From Bradymonadia bacterium (GTDB taxonomy: Bacteria; Myxococcota_A; Bradymonadia; UBA7976; UBA1532), in the NCBI GenBank assembly GCA_046290225.1, contig JBKAGE010000041.1, forward strand, positions 1 to 64,000: a stretch of 64,000 nucleotides of DNA, read 5' to 3'. This document shows positions 34,201-45,641 of this stretch, piece by piece. The notes beneath the pieces are model-generated. The model made no database searches, was not told the DNA's origin, and saw only the letters and a program-made list of their open reading frames with translations. The translations under genes and the position numbers were made by a program. Each line of letters opens with the position of its first letter. Position 1 is the stretch's first letter.

Positions 34201-36076
34201 CGTCAGTGTTGCCGTCGCAGTCCTCGTCATGGTTGTCGCAGGTCTCGTCGAACGCTCCAGGGGTGGCCTGAGGCACACAGATCATGCCCTGAGCGCCTTC
34301 ACAGCGGGTTCGACCCTGGGCGCAAACGCCGGCAGCGTCCGCGACACAGTCTTCGTCGAGACCGGTCAACGCATCATCAGCGAGGCCATTGCAGTCGTCA
34401 TCGAGGCCGTTGCACACCTCTGCGGCAGGTGCTCGGGGTGTGGCGTCGCAGGCTGATTCGCCTTCTGGCGTACAGGCCACGACCCCAAATGACAGACACT
34501 CACCCTGCCCCGCTTCACACGCCGCACCCAGCCCAAATCCCTCGTCCACACGGGTGTCACAGTCATTGTCCATGTTGTCGCACAGCTCAGGCGTCGGGGT
34601 GCAGATGGGTGTGTCAGGCTCACCGTCCCCGTCGCCATCCACGGGTTGCTCGATGACCTCGTTGGGCACGCCATCTCCGGTCGTGAATCTGAACGCCTCA
34701 GGCGCTTCGAGGACCAGGCCACCGAGAGACTGCAGGCCTGCTGCCAGGGAGATGGTGTAGGTGGTTTGCGGTGACAGTGCCTCAGTGGGGTCGAACGTCA
34801 CTTCGAAGCCAGAGCGTTGAGTCAGCACGAGGCCCTCGACTTGAACACCATCCGGGTCGAGCAGTTGCACATGATCCCGCAACCCATCTTCGCTCACAGG
34901 CCGGTTGAAGCGCGCTGTAATCGTGACATCGAGCGGCACCGCAGTGGCTTCGTGCTGGGGATCGAGGCGGGTGAGCTCGAGGGCCGTTGCGCTCGCATCA
35001 CCTGTGGGGGTCTCCCCCTCGATCTGGAATGTGGCGTCGAGCGATCTGCCCAGCATCCGCCCCTGATCATCTTCGAGCTCAGCATCGAGCACGAGGGCAT
35101 AGCGGCCCTCATGTCGCAGCGGAATCTGAGGCAAGAACTGCACATGTCGACCGTCATCGAGCAGCTGCACCCACGTCGGCACCTGAGTCTGCTCGTCGAG
35201 ATCCATCACACGCAGGCGCCCTGCGAGGATCGAGGTCGCCGACACCGGGTGTGTCAGCCAGACCTCGGGCACGATCGCCAGTGGCACATCGGTGGCTTCG
35301 GGCTTTGGATGCATCTTAAAGGGGAAGAACGGCAGCGTGTCGCTCTCTGAAGGCAAGGTGTCTTCATCACGCTCGAGGACATCATCGACACCATCACCGT
35401 CTGCATCGGGATCCTCACTGTTGGGGATCCCGTCGAGATCGGAGTCGAGGAGCGCATTGGGGTTGTTCTCCGAATTACAGATGGCGCCATTGGGGAGCAG
35501 GCCGCCGAGGTCGAGGGGCACACCGTCACCCTCGAGGGCGTCAATTTGCCTGCCGAAGACCCGACTCGATGACCCCAACCCAGAGCGAGGCCCTGCAGGA
35601 TCTCGCGACGAAGATCCAAGGCCAGCCCGAGCATCGAGGGGGAGCACCAGCAAAGGAGAGAGGCCCATGGTCTCAAGGGAGACAGGGAACATCAAAGATG
35701 AGACGAAGCTGCCTTCATTGAAGAGATACAGGGTGTAGGTGTGCCCACCAGGGAGCTCCAACGCCACCTGCCCTTCGGCGTCGAAGGGGGTTGAGAGCGG
35801 CTCGATGTCGGCACAGAAGGCCACCAGCTCCATGCCCGGGACGGCCTCTGGCAGCTGGGCCTGGATCACCCAGGGCTCTGGCGTGCCTGCGTCCAAATCA
35901 ACATGTACGCCACCATCGAGGTTGGCCCGTTGAGGCACCCCCTCGTCGTACAGCCCGGCCTCGGGCACCCCGGTTTCGCCGTGTACCCCTACCTCTTTCT
36001 TGCCCAGATCCGTCGCCTCACAGGCGAGAAGGGCGGTGGAGAGGAAGGCGCTCCAGAGCAGTGTCGACGTACGCAT
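31295..36076 (-). CDS. Large lipoprotein: two Ig-like (Big_5/SbsA) domains, Cys-rich 'ExCxxxDxDCDGxxDE' repeats, a triple repeat of unknown family, RCC1 repeats
   Basis: Lipobox LLAC; PxxEATxVPL…FNRPV; CNGLDDDCNG; AGxxHTCAxLxDGxVKCWGxNxxGQLG repeats. Confidence 0.85.
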   Translation of the reverse strand: MRTSTLLWSAFLSTALLACEATDLGKKEVGVHGETGVPEAGLYDEGVPQRANLDGGVHVDLDAGTPEPWVIQAQLPEAVPGMELVAFCADIEPLSTPFDAEGQVALELPGGHTYTLYLFNEGSFVSSLMFPVSLETMGLSPLLVLPLDARAGLGSSSRDPAGPRSGLGSSSRVFGRQIDALEGDGVPLDLGGLLPNGAICNSENNPNALLDSDLDGIPNSEDPDADGDGVDDVLERDEDTLPSESDTLPFFPFKMHPKPEATDVPLAIVPEVWLTHPVSATSILAGRLRVMDLDEQTQVPTWVQLLDDGRHVQFLPQIPLRHEGRYALVLDAELEDDQGRMLGRSLDATFQIEGETPTGDASATALELTRLDPQHEATAVPLDVTITARFNRPVSEDGLRDHVQLLDPDGVQVEGLVLTQRSGFEVTFDPTEALSPQTTYTISLAAGLQSLGGLVLEAPEAFRFTTGDGVPNEVIEQPVDGDGDGEPDTPICTPTPELCDNMDNDCDTRVDEGFGLGAACEAGQGECLSFGVVACTPEGESACDATPRAPAAEVCNGLDDDCNGLADDALTGLDEDCVADAAGVCAQGRTRCEGAQGMICVPQATPGAFDETCDNHDEDCDGNTDEGLSQACYTGPEGTAGAGQCREGISTCAAGQWGGCEGEVRPEAELCNDADDDCDGQTDEDYPLLGELCMTGVGLCQQGGTITCTPEGEAACNAVAGAPSEELCNNFDDDCDGLVDEGSSCGTYVSRNCEVWLGQATGQDFAVRPVAEFGECMLSALDTEGQTRCTSTRRDDRFRALGVTDELQDGDHLAVAFTCSDAEQPGLAAWFQNHCALYLGASSRDAGEALDGTEAWGPCPAALAGEDGDLRCTSTGFDGQFRPMRLSGIIDYNDELAVAFICNDADYEARASGTASAVEVILGWEYLGRLNDHDGQPTWGACPQVQPPRDLPGSTLCASTQGDQQFHMINLSARSSADSELGIALRAIGAPLPETDNPGCDPHDLDLCNGEDDDCDGTIDEDFLNELGDPCSVGTGACTSDGTLVCNGDGTGVICDALRIAGSSEQCNNIDDDCDGQIDEEVADVGLDCSAGAEGNCANGSTVCEAGALACQPSAPSAETCNGFDDDCNGTVDDVANVGNACTTGANNVCQGQLMCVGASVECVVINADVTDICGDNIDNDCDGQIDEDPGCTTALQIEAGDYHTCALLDDGSVKCWGRNTSGQLGLGDTEDRGDNPNEMGDRLGTVDLGTGRTAVRVDAGGKHTCAILDDGTVKCWGNNDYGQLGNPDAIAGSGHVGDEAGEMGDALPIVPLGLRAVQVAAGLFATCALLEDGSVRCWGSNSTGALGTPNPGESVDLGVGRSATHISISRSNAHVCATLDNHTVKCWGHNAFGQLGQGDTNNRGSNAGDMGDNLPPVALGTGQSATETAAGSVFTCALLTSNSVKCFGDGRQGRLGSGDEENRGDDPGEMGDDLPFVDLGGGRNPVEISAGYYRACARFHDGAVKCWGNGIGNAPNEMGDNLPVTDLGTDLTAAQISAGHDHVCAVLNNGRVKCWGMNNAGQLGQGDRTSRTSANQLGDNLLTIDLGTAPTE

Positions 36077-36334
36077 ATGTCAGAGTCCGAATTCGAGACA
36101 TCGACACAGAGAGCGGGTGGTTCAGACATGCCCTGGAAAGGGTGGGTTTGAGGGATGGGTCAGTTTGACGATGAGCCCTCAAGATGGTCGCTTTCATGTG
36201 AAGCGCGAGAGTGCCCGCAGCTTCTCCCTCATGACGTTCCATGCCAGTGAGGCTCATCGTATTTGAAGAGGAAAGCTGCTCAGCGATGCCCGAGCTACGC
36301 CGCGCATCGAAAGCGCGACAGATAAGAAAAGCAG

Positions 36335-36700
36335 TGGAGGTGCCGGGAATCGAACCCGGGTCCGCAAGTGGTCCACAACGTGGCGTCTACATGCTTAGTT
36401 TCGTGTTTTGAATTCCCCGAAGAGGCGCCCACGATCAGGCTCCTCTCCAAGTAGATCTCTGAAAAATCTCACTCCACCGGCCAGTGACCACACCGGTGAA
36501 GCCAGCCTGCTAATTTTGATGTCCCGAAGCGCCCGCAAGCACTGCTCTTCAGAACAACTCTCACTGCTTAATTAAGCGGCGAGAGCGAGCTCAACGTCGT
36601 CGTTGGCAATTGTGTTTTTCAAGCCTTTACTAACGCGCTGACCTGGAAGCGCGACATGCGACCACGGCTTCAACACCCACGTCGAAACCTTGTCACCCCC
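36335..36700 (-). ncRNA. ssrA: tmRNA; tag peptide ANDDVELALAA (36572-36607)
   Basis: 5' GGGGGTG pairs with 3' CACCTCC-A (G3:U70 Ala identity), TTCGA T-loop, tag ORF ends LAA-stop, adjacent to smpB. Confidence 0.95.
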
Positions 36701-36794
36701 ACATGTCAAAGATCATGAACGCCCACAAAGGGCTGATCTGCAGCGAACCGTAAGGACCCACCCAGACCCTGTCAAGCTGCACTCATACCAACAC

Positions 36795-37265
36795 TCAGAA
36801 GCGCTCGCGGATTTGGCGCATCTCACGACGGTCTGTCTTTTCACGTGCAGCCTGGCGTTTGTCATGCAGCTTGCGCCCCTTGCCGAGGCCCAATTCCAGC
36901 TTCACCCGTCCACGCTTGAAGTAGAGCTGCAATGGCACCGCAGTAAAGCCCTTCTCAGCAATGCGGCTTTCAATCCGAGCGATCTCATGCAGGTGAAGCA
37001 ACAGCTTACGCGGCCGCGTCGGCTCATGATTGAAGAACGATCCGTGCTCGTACTCCGGGATGTGCACCCCAAAGAGCCAGATCTCCCCACCCTTCACCTG
37101 GATAAACCCCCCCGTGAGGGTCACTTTCCCCTCACGCAGGGTCTTCACCTCGGTCCCCTGAAGCACCAAACCCGCCTCAAAAGTATCCGAGATCTCGTAC
37201 TCATGACGGGCTTTGCGCCAAGAGGCGATCACCTTCCGCCCGTCACCAGATTGAGTACCCATCAA
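36795..37265 (-). CDS. smpB: SsrA-binding protein
   Basis: KARHEYEI…EAGLVLQGTEVK…RKLLLH…GKGRKLHDKR. Confidence 0.97.
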   Translation of the reverse strand: MMGTQSGDGRKVIASWRKARHEYEISDTFEAGLVLQGTEVKTLREGKVTLTGGFIQVKGGEIWLFGVHIPEYEHGSFFNHEPTRPRKLLLHLHEIARIESRIAEKGFTAVPLQLYFKRGRVKLELGLGKGRKLHDKRQAAREKTDRREMRQIRERF

Positions 37266-37443
37266 AGCTCTCCCACAGTGTCTTTTCAGAGCCTACCCTT
37301 CGGGCGCTTCTGCGCTCCTCCGGCTTCGCCTCTGTCGACTCCGAAGCGTCTGGCCACAGGCCAGACAGGCTCTCTGCCCAAAAAAACTCTCCACCCAAAC
37401 CCCTCAAAGGTCTTCAGCCCAACGCCAAAGACAGCAGTGCGGA

Positions 37444-37599
37444 GCGAGGTTGGGGGTCAACCGGCCCGGATCGCGCAGGGCAGCGCCGCGAGACGGCGTG
37501 AAAAAAGCGCAGGGATGGCCGGAGGCCCTCTCGAGCATTTTTTCGCGTCGTCTCGTGGTGCTGAGCAAGCGAGGCGGGTCGGTTGACCCCCAACCTCGC
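37444..37599. repeat. ~155-nt long hairpin (REP/MITE-like or structured RNA) between rnpB and smpB
   Basis: GCGAGGTTGGGGGTCAACC…GGTTGACCCCCAACCTCGC outer stem; GCGAGACGGCGTGAAAAAA…TTTTTTCGCGTCGTCTCGT inner stem. Confidence 0.7.
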
Positions 37600-37660
37600 G
37601 GAGCGAAAGGCGAGGCGGGTTGGTTTGACCATCACCTCGCGGAGAAAAGAGAAGCAGGCC

Positions 37661-38036
<376 letters not shown>

Positions 38037-38047
<11 letters not shown>

Positions 38048-38792
38048 GACCCACCTCGGGATCTATCTCCACCACCCCGTTGAGGGCGGCAGGGTAGTAC
38101 AGGAGACGCTTGCAGTTGGAGCAGCTCTCCATCGTTTCGAGCTTGTTGAGGCGGATGAACTGCTGAGGGGGCACCGCCATGTTGCAGGCCGTGCACGTGC
38201 CCTCTTCAGTGACCGCCACCAGAGCCAGGCCGTTGCGGCCACGGGCGATGCGATCGTAGCGGGCCATCTCCGGCTTCGGCAGCTTCGCGCGGATCTCCTC
38301 GCGGCGGGTGTTGTGCTCCGCCGCCTGGCCCTTGCGCTCGGTGAGCTCCGCCTCGAGCTTGGCCACCGCCTCGTCCATCTTGGTCTTCAGCGCGTCGCGC
38401 TCCGCCACGCGGCGGTCGTGCTCCGCCTGAGCCTCGGCCACCTGCTCATTGAGCTGCTTGAGCTCTTCCTGGCGCTGCGTGTTGGCGCGGCGCAGGTTGT
38501 CGAGCTCTTTCGTCAGGGCGTTGAGCTCGCGCTGATTGGTCACCGAGGTGATGCGGGACTTCGAGCGGGCGAGGTTGGACTCCGTCTCTTGGAGGTTCTT
38601 CTCGCGCTCCCCGTGAAAGGCTCGGGTCTCTTCTATTTGAGCTTCGGACTTCTGCAACATGACCGCGAAGACCTCGAGGCCTTTGGCGTTGTCCGCCTGC
38701 ACCTTCGTCAGACGGGCCTCTGCCGCCCTCAGCTCGCGCATCGAATCATCGATGGCTTGAAGGTCGACCAGCATGCTCAGAATCTCTCTCAC
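38037..38792 (-). CDS. C4-type zinc-ribbon coiled-coil protein (DUF164 family)
   Basis: LVDLQAID, long coiled coil, YDRI, CTAC…CSNC.RLLY; usual position downstream of rpoD. Confidence 0.88.
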
Positions 38793-38853
38793 GGCTGAAG
38801 CTCCACTCGGTACCGGATTTGTGTGGTGTGGATGCACGATCCACCGCGCTCAG

Positions 38854-38927
38854 TGGGCCCACTAGGACTCGAACCTAGAACCAACGGTGTATGAGACCGC
38901 TGCTCTAACCAATTGAGCTATAGGCCC
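38854..38927 (-). tRNA. tRNA with CAT anticodon, probably tRNA-Ile2 (lysidine); CCA not encoded
   Basis: GGGCCTATAGCTCAATTGGTTAGAGCAGCGGTCTCATACACCGTTGGTTCTAGGTTCGAGTCCTAGTGGGCCCA folds as a cloverleaf; Ile2 versus Met is inferred from sequence type and position after rpoD. Confidence 0.9.
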
Positions 38928-38934
38928 AGTGACG

Positions 38935-38965
38935 CCTGCCCTGAGGCAAACACCCTCAGGGCAGG
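38935..38965 (-). terminator. Stem-loop between rpoD and the tRNA
   Basis: CCTGCCCTGAGG-CAAACAC-CCTCAGGGCAGG, 12-bp stem. Confidence 0.45.
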
Positions 38966-38983
38966 GACGGCGGTACTCTACAC

Positions 38984-40720
<1,737 letters not shown>

Positions 40721-42796
40721 TCAGCCTGCTCCCTGGGGAGGTGTCTGCGGATCCGAAGCTTCACCGCGAAGGTGGCGGTTGTAAGCGTCGGTGGCCGCTT
40801 TGAGTTCGTCGTATGCTGCTCTGAAGAGGTCAGCGTCTTGTGATGCACGGGCGTCGAGCAACTTCTGGCTGGCCTCTTCTTTCCTTCGCTTCAAGTAACG
40901 AGCTCTGAGTCGTCGCAGGCTGGTGTCGATGGCCGCAGTGATGCTCTCTTCAGTCTGAGTAGGTCCGCGCTCCATGAATCCCGCCAGGGTTCGGGAGAGA
41001 GCACGCTCTTCTATTTGCATCAACAAGCGGTCTTCGTTGGGTACCTGTCCAGATGCCACAGCGTCGTAAAGGCACGAAACAAAACCAGCCAGACCTGAGT
41101 GAGTCAAGCACTCCAAGCCACCATTTGACCTGAAGTGCATGACCACATGTGGGTATTGAAGAATCATATCAACCACATGCAGCTCATCGGCTGGCGGCGG
41201 GGCAGAGCCTTTGTTGGGGTCAATCCACCCGGGACTTCCAGCCCCACCGGGGCCCATGGACCCCGGAGCAGCCATGTCGAAGTGGCCCTCGAAGCCGTCG
41301 GTTTCGGTCTCCTCATAAGGTCCGTCATCGAAAATGTGATGCTCGAAACCATCATGAGGCGTCAACTCGGTGGTCGATTCTGACCCTTCTTGCCCCTCGG
41401 CCTGCTTTCGTCGGCGGGCTGCGGCCTCGCGTTTGGCCTGTCGCTCCGCCTCTTTGCGTTTTTGATCACGATGCCCCTTCAGCGCGAGATCGAGCATGGC
41501 CTCGTCGACGCTGAAGGTGGTGGTGATCTTCTTGAGGTACATCGCCCGGGTGATGGGCTCCGAGAGGGCGTCGAAGGCCGGCACCACCGCCTTGAGGGCC
41601 TCGGCGCGGCCCACAGGATCTTTGGGGTGGCTGGTGTCGAGGTGTTCGATCAGCTGATCGAGCAGAGGGCTCGCCTGCTCGAGCAGGCCGATCAGAATCT
41701 GGCGCCCCTCGCTCTTGAGGAACGTATCCGGGTCGTGCCCCGTGGGCAGCATGACCGCTCGGGGCTGCAGGCCCTCTTCGAGGAAGGTGAGCAGGCTGCC
41801 GAATGCCGCCTTCCGGCCGGCGTCGTCGCCGTCCATCACGACGTACAGCTCGCTGGAGAGCCGCTTGATCTTCCGAGCCTGACTCGCAGTGAGGGCGGTG
41901 CCCAGGGCGGCGCAGGCGTTCTGCAAACCGGCCTGCCAGAGGGCCACCACGTCGAGGTTGCCCTCGCAGACGATGACCCGGCCACTCTGCCGGGCCATCT
42001 GCTTTGCCTGCCAGCCCCCGTAGAGATGATCGCCCTTGGTGTAGACCGGGGTCTCGGGGCTGTTGATGTACTTCGCCGCCTTGGTGTGCTTGTCGATGAT
42101 GCGGCCGCTGAAGCCCACCACCTCGCCGCTGAGGTCGATGACCGGGAACATCACCCGCTCTCGAAAGCGCAGGTAGCCGCCGCCGAGGGGCTGCTCCGGG
42201 TCCCAGCCCTCTTCAGGCTTCACCACGATGCCCAGCAACTCGAGATCGGCCACGCTGGCGTCTTCTTGCTCGTCGAGCCAGGCCTGCATAGCTTTCTTGT
42301 CGCCGGTGGCCCAGCCGAGGCGGAAGGCCTTCACGGCGCTGTTCTTGATGCTCCGGGTGCGCAGGTATTGCCGGCCCCGGGCGCCGCGGGGGCCGTAGAG
42401 GGTGTCGCTGTAGTACAGCGTCAGTCGATCTTGAATCGTCAGCAGCCGCGCCTCGAGGCTCTTCTTCTCTTTGCGGGCGGTCTTCTCTTCTTCGCTGATG
42501 CGCCGGGGCTCCGGCACGGCCACACCGTAGCGGGCCCCGAGGTGGCGCACCGCCTCGGGGAAGCTCATACCCTCGGTTTCCATCACGAACTTGATGCTGT
42601 GGCCGTGAGCGCCGCAGCCGAAGCAGTGATAGGTGTTCTGAGTGGGGTAGACGACGAAGGAGGGCGTGTTCTCGGAATGGAAGGGGCAGCACCCCTTCAT
42701 CAGAGTGCCCGCCTTCTTCACCGTGGTGACTTGGTTCACAAGCTCGACCAGATCGGCCCGTTCGAGCACCTCGGTGATGACTTCGTCTGGGATCAC
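40721..42796 (-). CDS. dnaG: DNA primase
   Basis: CPFHSENTPSF…CFGC zinc finger, KYINSPET, EGNLDV, DGDDAG TOPRIM; abuts rpoD. Confidence 0.96.
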   Translation of the reverse strand: MIPDEVITEVLERADLVELVNQVTTVKKAGTLMKGCCPFHSENTPSFVVYPTQNTYHCFGCGAHGHSIKFVMETEGMSFPEAVRHLGARYGVAVPEPRRISEEEKTARKEKKSLEARLLTIQDRLTLYYSDTLYGPRGARGRQYLRTRSIKNSAVKAFRLGWATGDKKAMQAWLDEQEDASVADLELLGIVVKPEEGWDPEQPLGGGYLRFRERVMFPVIDLSGEVVGFSGRIIDKHTKAAKYINSPETPVYTKGDHLYGGWQAKQMARQSGRVIVCEGNLDVVALWQAGLQNACAALGTALTASQARKIKRLSSELYVVMDGDDAGRKAAFGSLLTFLEEGLQPRAVMLPTGHDPDTFLKSEGRQILIGLLEQASPLLDQLIEHLDTSHPKDPVGRAEALKAVVPAFDALSEPITRAMYLKKITTTFSVDEAMLDLALKGHRDQKRKEAERQAKREAAARRRKQAEGQEGSESTTELTPHDGFEHHIFDDGPYEETETDGFEGHFDMAAPGSMGPGGAGSPGWIDPNKGSAPPPADELHVVDMILQYPHVVMHFRSNGGLECLTHSGLAGFVSCLYDAVASGQVPNEDRLLMQIEERALSRTLAGFMERGPTQTEESITAAIDTSLRRLRARYLKRRKEEASQKLLDARASQDADLFRAAYDELKAATDAYNRHLRGEASDPQTPPQGAG

Positions 42797-42923
42797 GGCG
42801 TCGCGCTTACTGTCGAGAGTGCTGTCGAGCTTGCTCGGAGCAAAGACTGCTGAAGAGTTCTCAGCGTAACGGGACAGGTGGGTGAGTCAAGGGCCCACGG
42901 CCCTCGGGGTGAGGTGGCCCGGC

Positions 42924-43847
42924 TCAGGCCTCTTCGCTCTCCGCGAGGTAGTATTCCTGGCGGTCGATGCGGTGGCCCTTGAAGTGACCGCGGAAGCGCT
43001 CCATGAGGGCCTTGCTGGTGCGGTGCAGGGGCAGCTGAATGAAGGGGCGCAGGTTGCGACGCTCCACGCCGACGTAGAACGCCTCGGCATCCTTGCCGTC
43101 CATCTTGCCGGCCCACACCGCCCGCAGGAACACCTGATCGAAGTCCTCGGGCTCGGGGGGCAGCAGGGCGATGAAGCGGCGCACCCAGCCGATGTCGCGA
43201 TCGGCGAAGCGGGCCCGCAGGCCGCTGCGGGTGCGCTCATAGCCTTCTTCCTCGGCGAGCAGCTCGTTGAGGCCGTCGAGAGAAGCAGGGTGGGCGAAGT
43301 TGATCTCCACCTCGAGATCGAGCCGGCTGTCCTCGAGGTTGAGGCTCTTGCGGTCCTGGATGTGGTTGATGTTGTCACCGATCCACTGGAAGGCCCGGAA
43401 GAACAGGTTCCAGACGTCTTCGAGATCCATCACCGGGGGGTAATCGGCCTCTTCGTCGTCATAGAAGTAGTGAAAACCCACCGAGGGCCCCGAGTGGAAC
43501 CGGCAGCCCTTCTGGTTCTGCCAGTTGAAGCCGTAGAGGGCACCAGCGGTGCGGCTGGCCATGCCCACGGCGTCTTTCACCTCTTTGTCTTCGAAGAGGT
43601 CGAGATCATCCGAGAAGACGTACAGGTTGCGATCAGAGTCGCGCAGCTCGACGAGGCCGCCCTCGTCTCCCTCGATGGTGAAGACCACCGAGCGCTCGTC
43701 CCATGCCGCGGCGATGTCATCGCCCTGGTAGTACAACTCGCCGTCTTCTTCGCTGTAGACGAGCCCTTCCTCTTTCAGGAAGGTGCGGACTTTGCCGACC
43801 CACTCGAGGAAGTTGAAATCCTTGGGATCGACGACGTAGAACTCCAT
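42924..43847 (-). CDS. Acidic hypothetical protein
   Basis: Strong GC3 codon bias and a GGAG RBS before the ATG; no recognisable motif. Confidence 0.7.
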   Translation of the reverse strand: MEFYVVDPKDFNFLEWVGKVRTFLKEEGLVYSEEDGELYYQGDDIAAAWDERSVVFTIEGDEGGLVELRDSDRNLYVFSDDLDLFEDKEVKDAVGMASRTAGALYGFNWQNQKGCRFHSGPSVGFHYFYDDEEADYPPVMDLEDVWNLFFRAFQWIGDNINHIQDRKSLNLEDSRLDLEVEINFAHPASLDGLNELLAEEEGYERTRSGLRARFADRDIGWVRRFIALLPPEPEDFDQVFLRAVWAGKMDGKDAEAFYVGVERRNLRPFIQLPLHRTSKALMERFRGHFKGHRIDRQEYYLAESEEA

Positions 43848-43994
43848 GTAGCTCCCCAGGTCTCCGGGCACAAAAGGGAGCGGATATTATGCCATCGCCT
43901 TCCTCAGGGCAACCGGCCCTGGGCTCACCCTTGTAATTCGTGTGTAAAACACGCACCCTCTGCCTCCTCAAAGACATGAAAGTCGGAGCAGATC

Positions 43995-45617
43995 ATGGGT
44001 GCCCTTCGTGTGATGTGGCGGGGTCGTGTGCTGTGGAGCTGTCTCGTGCTCATGGGGTGTACTGATGCTGAAGAGGCGTCGACACCGCCCCCCGAGCAAG
44101 CCCCTGACTGTGCACAGGCCGCCGAGGCCATCGCCCAGTGTTACGGTCAGTCTGCTGCAACAGAATTCTCGGCGATGTGTACCCCCGAGCGCGCTGCAGA
44201 GGTTTTGCCCCTCGACTGCGTCAACGACGACAGCAAGGCCGACCTGGTCCAGAACAACTGGCTGTGTCGGAACCTCGGAGTGCTCTGCGACACTGTGGAG
44301 ACCTTCGAAGACGACGTCGAGCACTTCAAATATGGCACGCTGGGCACCGAAAACCCCGGCCTGCCCCTCGCCCTGATCCGCGCCCTGCCCGAGATTTGCC
44401 CAGATTTGTGGCCCGAAGACGGCTGGGCAGGCTTCGGCATGATCCAGGAGCCCGGCCGCACTCTGCCCATCGGCTGGTCTACCCGGCGCATCGCCGGCAT
44501 CACCCTCGCGTCGGGCAACTGCGCTCGATGTCACGTGTCGACGGTGAGAGAGGCCCCCGATGCTGATCCCATGATCTTCATGGGTGGCCCGGGGCAACAG
44601 ATCGATGCCGTGGGCATGACCGACTTCCAGCTCGCATGTTTGAGTGATCCGCGCTTCACCCGCGGGCGCCTCTACGAGGTCCTGAGCGAGCTGCCCGATG
44701 TGGGCACCGTGGAGCTCGCCGCCATGGTCCTCGCCGCAGGCCTGTTCAACGACAAGGCCCAGGAGACCGCCGAGCAGCTGCGCTATCTGATCACTGGTGA
44801 TCGCACCCCAGGCCCTGGCCGAAGCGACGCCTTCAACGTGGGGGCGGTGCAGTTGTTGGGCTGGGATCTCGAAGATCCGCCCTTCGCCAACGCTGACTTC
44901 GGTGTCTCGTGGCGGGCCGCTGCGGCGCCGGGCGACTTGGTGAACTGGGACGGCAACAGCGACGACATCCACGAGTCCAACATCTCGGTGGTCCTCACCC
45001 TCGGTGCTTCTGAAGAGGGGGTGGATCACCCCGCCCTGGAGCGCGTGGAGGCGATGCTCGACGCCATGGAGGCGCCGAAGTACCCCTTCGAGATCGACAC
45101 CACGCTCGCCGAAGCCGGCGCCGAGGTCTACGCCGAGAAGTGTGCTGAATGCCACGCGCGGAGTGGTGAGCGATTCAACACGGTGATCAGCCTCGACGAG
45201 ATCGGCACCGACGGGGAGCGGGCTCAGATCACCGACGAAACCCTCGTGGAGGCGATGCACGAGATCGGCGCTGGCTTCGACTGGCAGTTCAAGAGCTTCC
45301 GGCCTTCGAAAGGGTACGTGGCCTCACGCATCGACGGCGCGTGGCTGCGAGGGCCTTTCTTGCACAATGGCTCGGTGCCCACCCTCTGGCATCTGCTCAG
45401 CCCCGTCGACGAGCGACCCGAGATCTTCTTCCGCGGTGGCGATGTGTACGATCAAGCGGCCTTGGGTTTCATGTCCGACAGCCCCACTCAGGGCAACCGG
45501 GTGCTCTTCGAGTTCGATACGAAGAAGCCTGGCAACGGGAACGGCGGCCACCTGTTCGGCACCGACCTGCCTGATGAAGATCGCCGAGCCCTGCTGGAAT
45601 ACCTGAAGACAATTTGA
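43995..45617 (+). CDS. Di-heme c-type cytochrome lipoprotein (RoxA/cytochrome c peroxidase-like superfamily)
   Basis: CARCH and CAECH heme motifs; GPFLHNGSVPTLWHLL; GNGNGGH…LLEYLKT; lipobox LMGC. Confidence 0.85.
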   Translation: MGALRVMWRGRVLWSCLVLMGCTDAEEASTPPPEQAPDCAQAAEAIAQCYGQSAATEFSAMCTPERAAEVLPLDCVNDDSKADLVQNNWLCRNLGVLCDTVETFEDDVEHFKYGTLGTENPGLPLALIRALPEICPDLWPEDGWAGFGMIQEPGRTLPIGWSTRRIAGITLASGNCARCHVSTVREAPDADPMIFMGGPGQQIDAVGMTDFQLACLSDPRFTRGRLYEVLSELPDVGTVELAAMVLAAGLFNDKAQETAEQLRYLITGDRTPGPGRSDAFNVGAVQLLGWDLEDPPFANADFGVSWRAAAAPGDLVNWDGNSDDIHESNISVVLTLGASEEGVDHPALERVEAMLDAMEAPKYPFEIDTTLAEAGAEVYAEKCAECHARSGERFNTVISLDEIGTDGERAQITDETLVEAMHEIGAGFDWQFKSFRPSKGYVASRIDGAWLRGPFLHNGSVPTLWHLLSPVDERPEIFFRGGDVYDQAALGFMSDSPTQGNRVLFEFDTKKPGNGNGGHLFGTDLPDEDRRALLEYLKTI

Positions 45618-45641
45618 GCGGTGTGCTCAGAGGGTGGCCAC

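Noticed and set aside
36300..36365. ssrA-anchored genomic island explaining the accessory region
   Set aside because: No duplicate of the tmRNA 3' end and no integrase seen; housekeeping pyrC lies within the region
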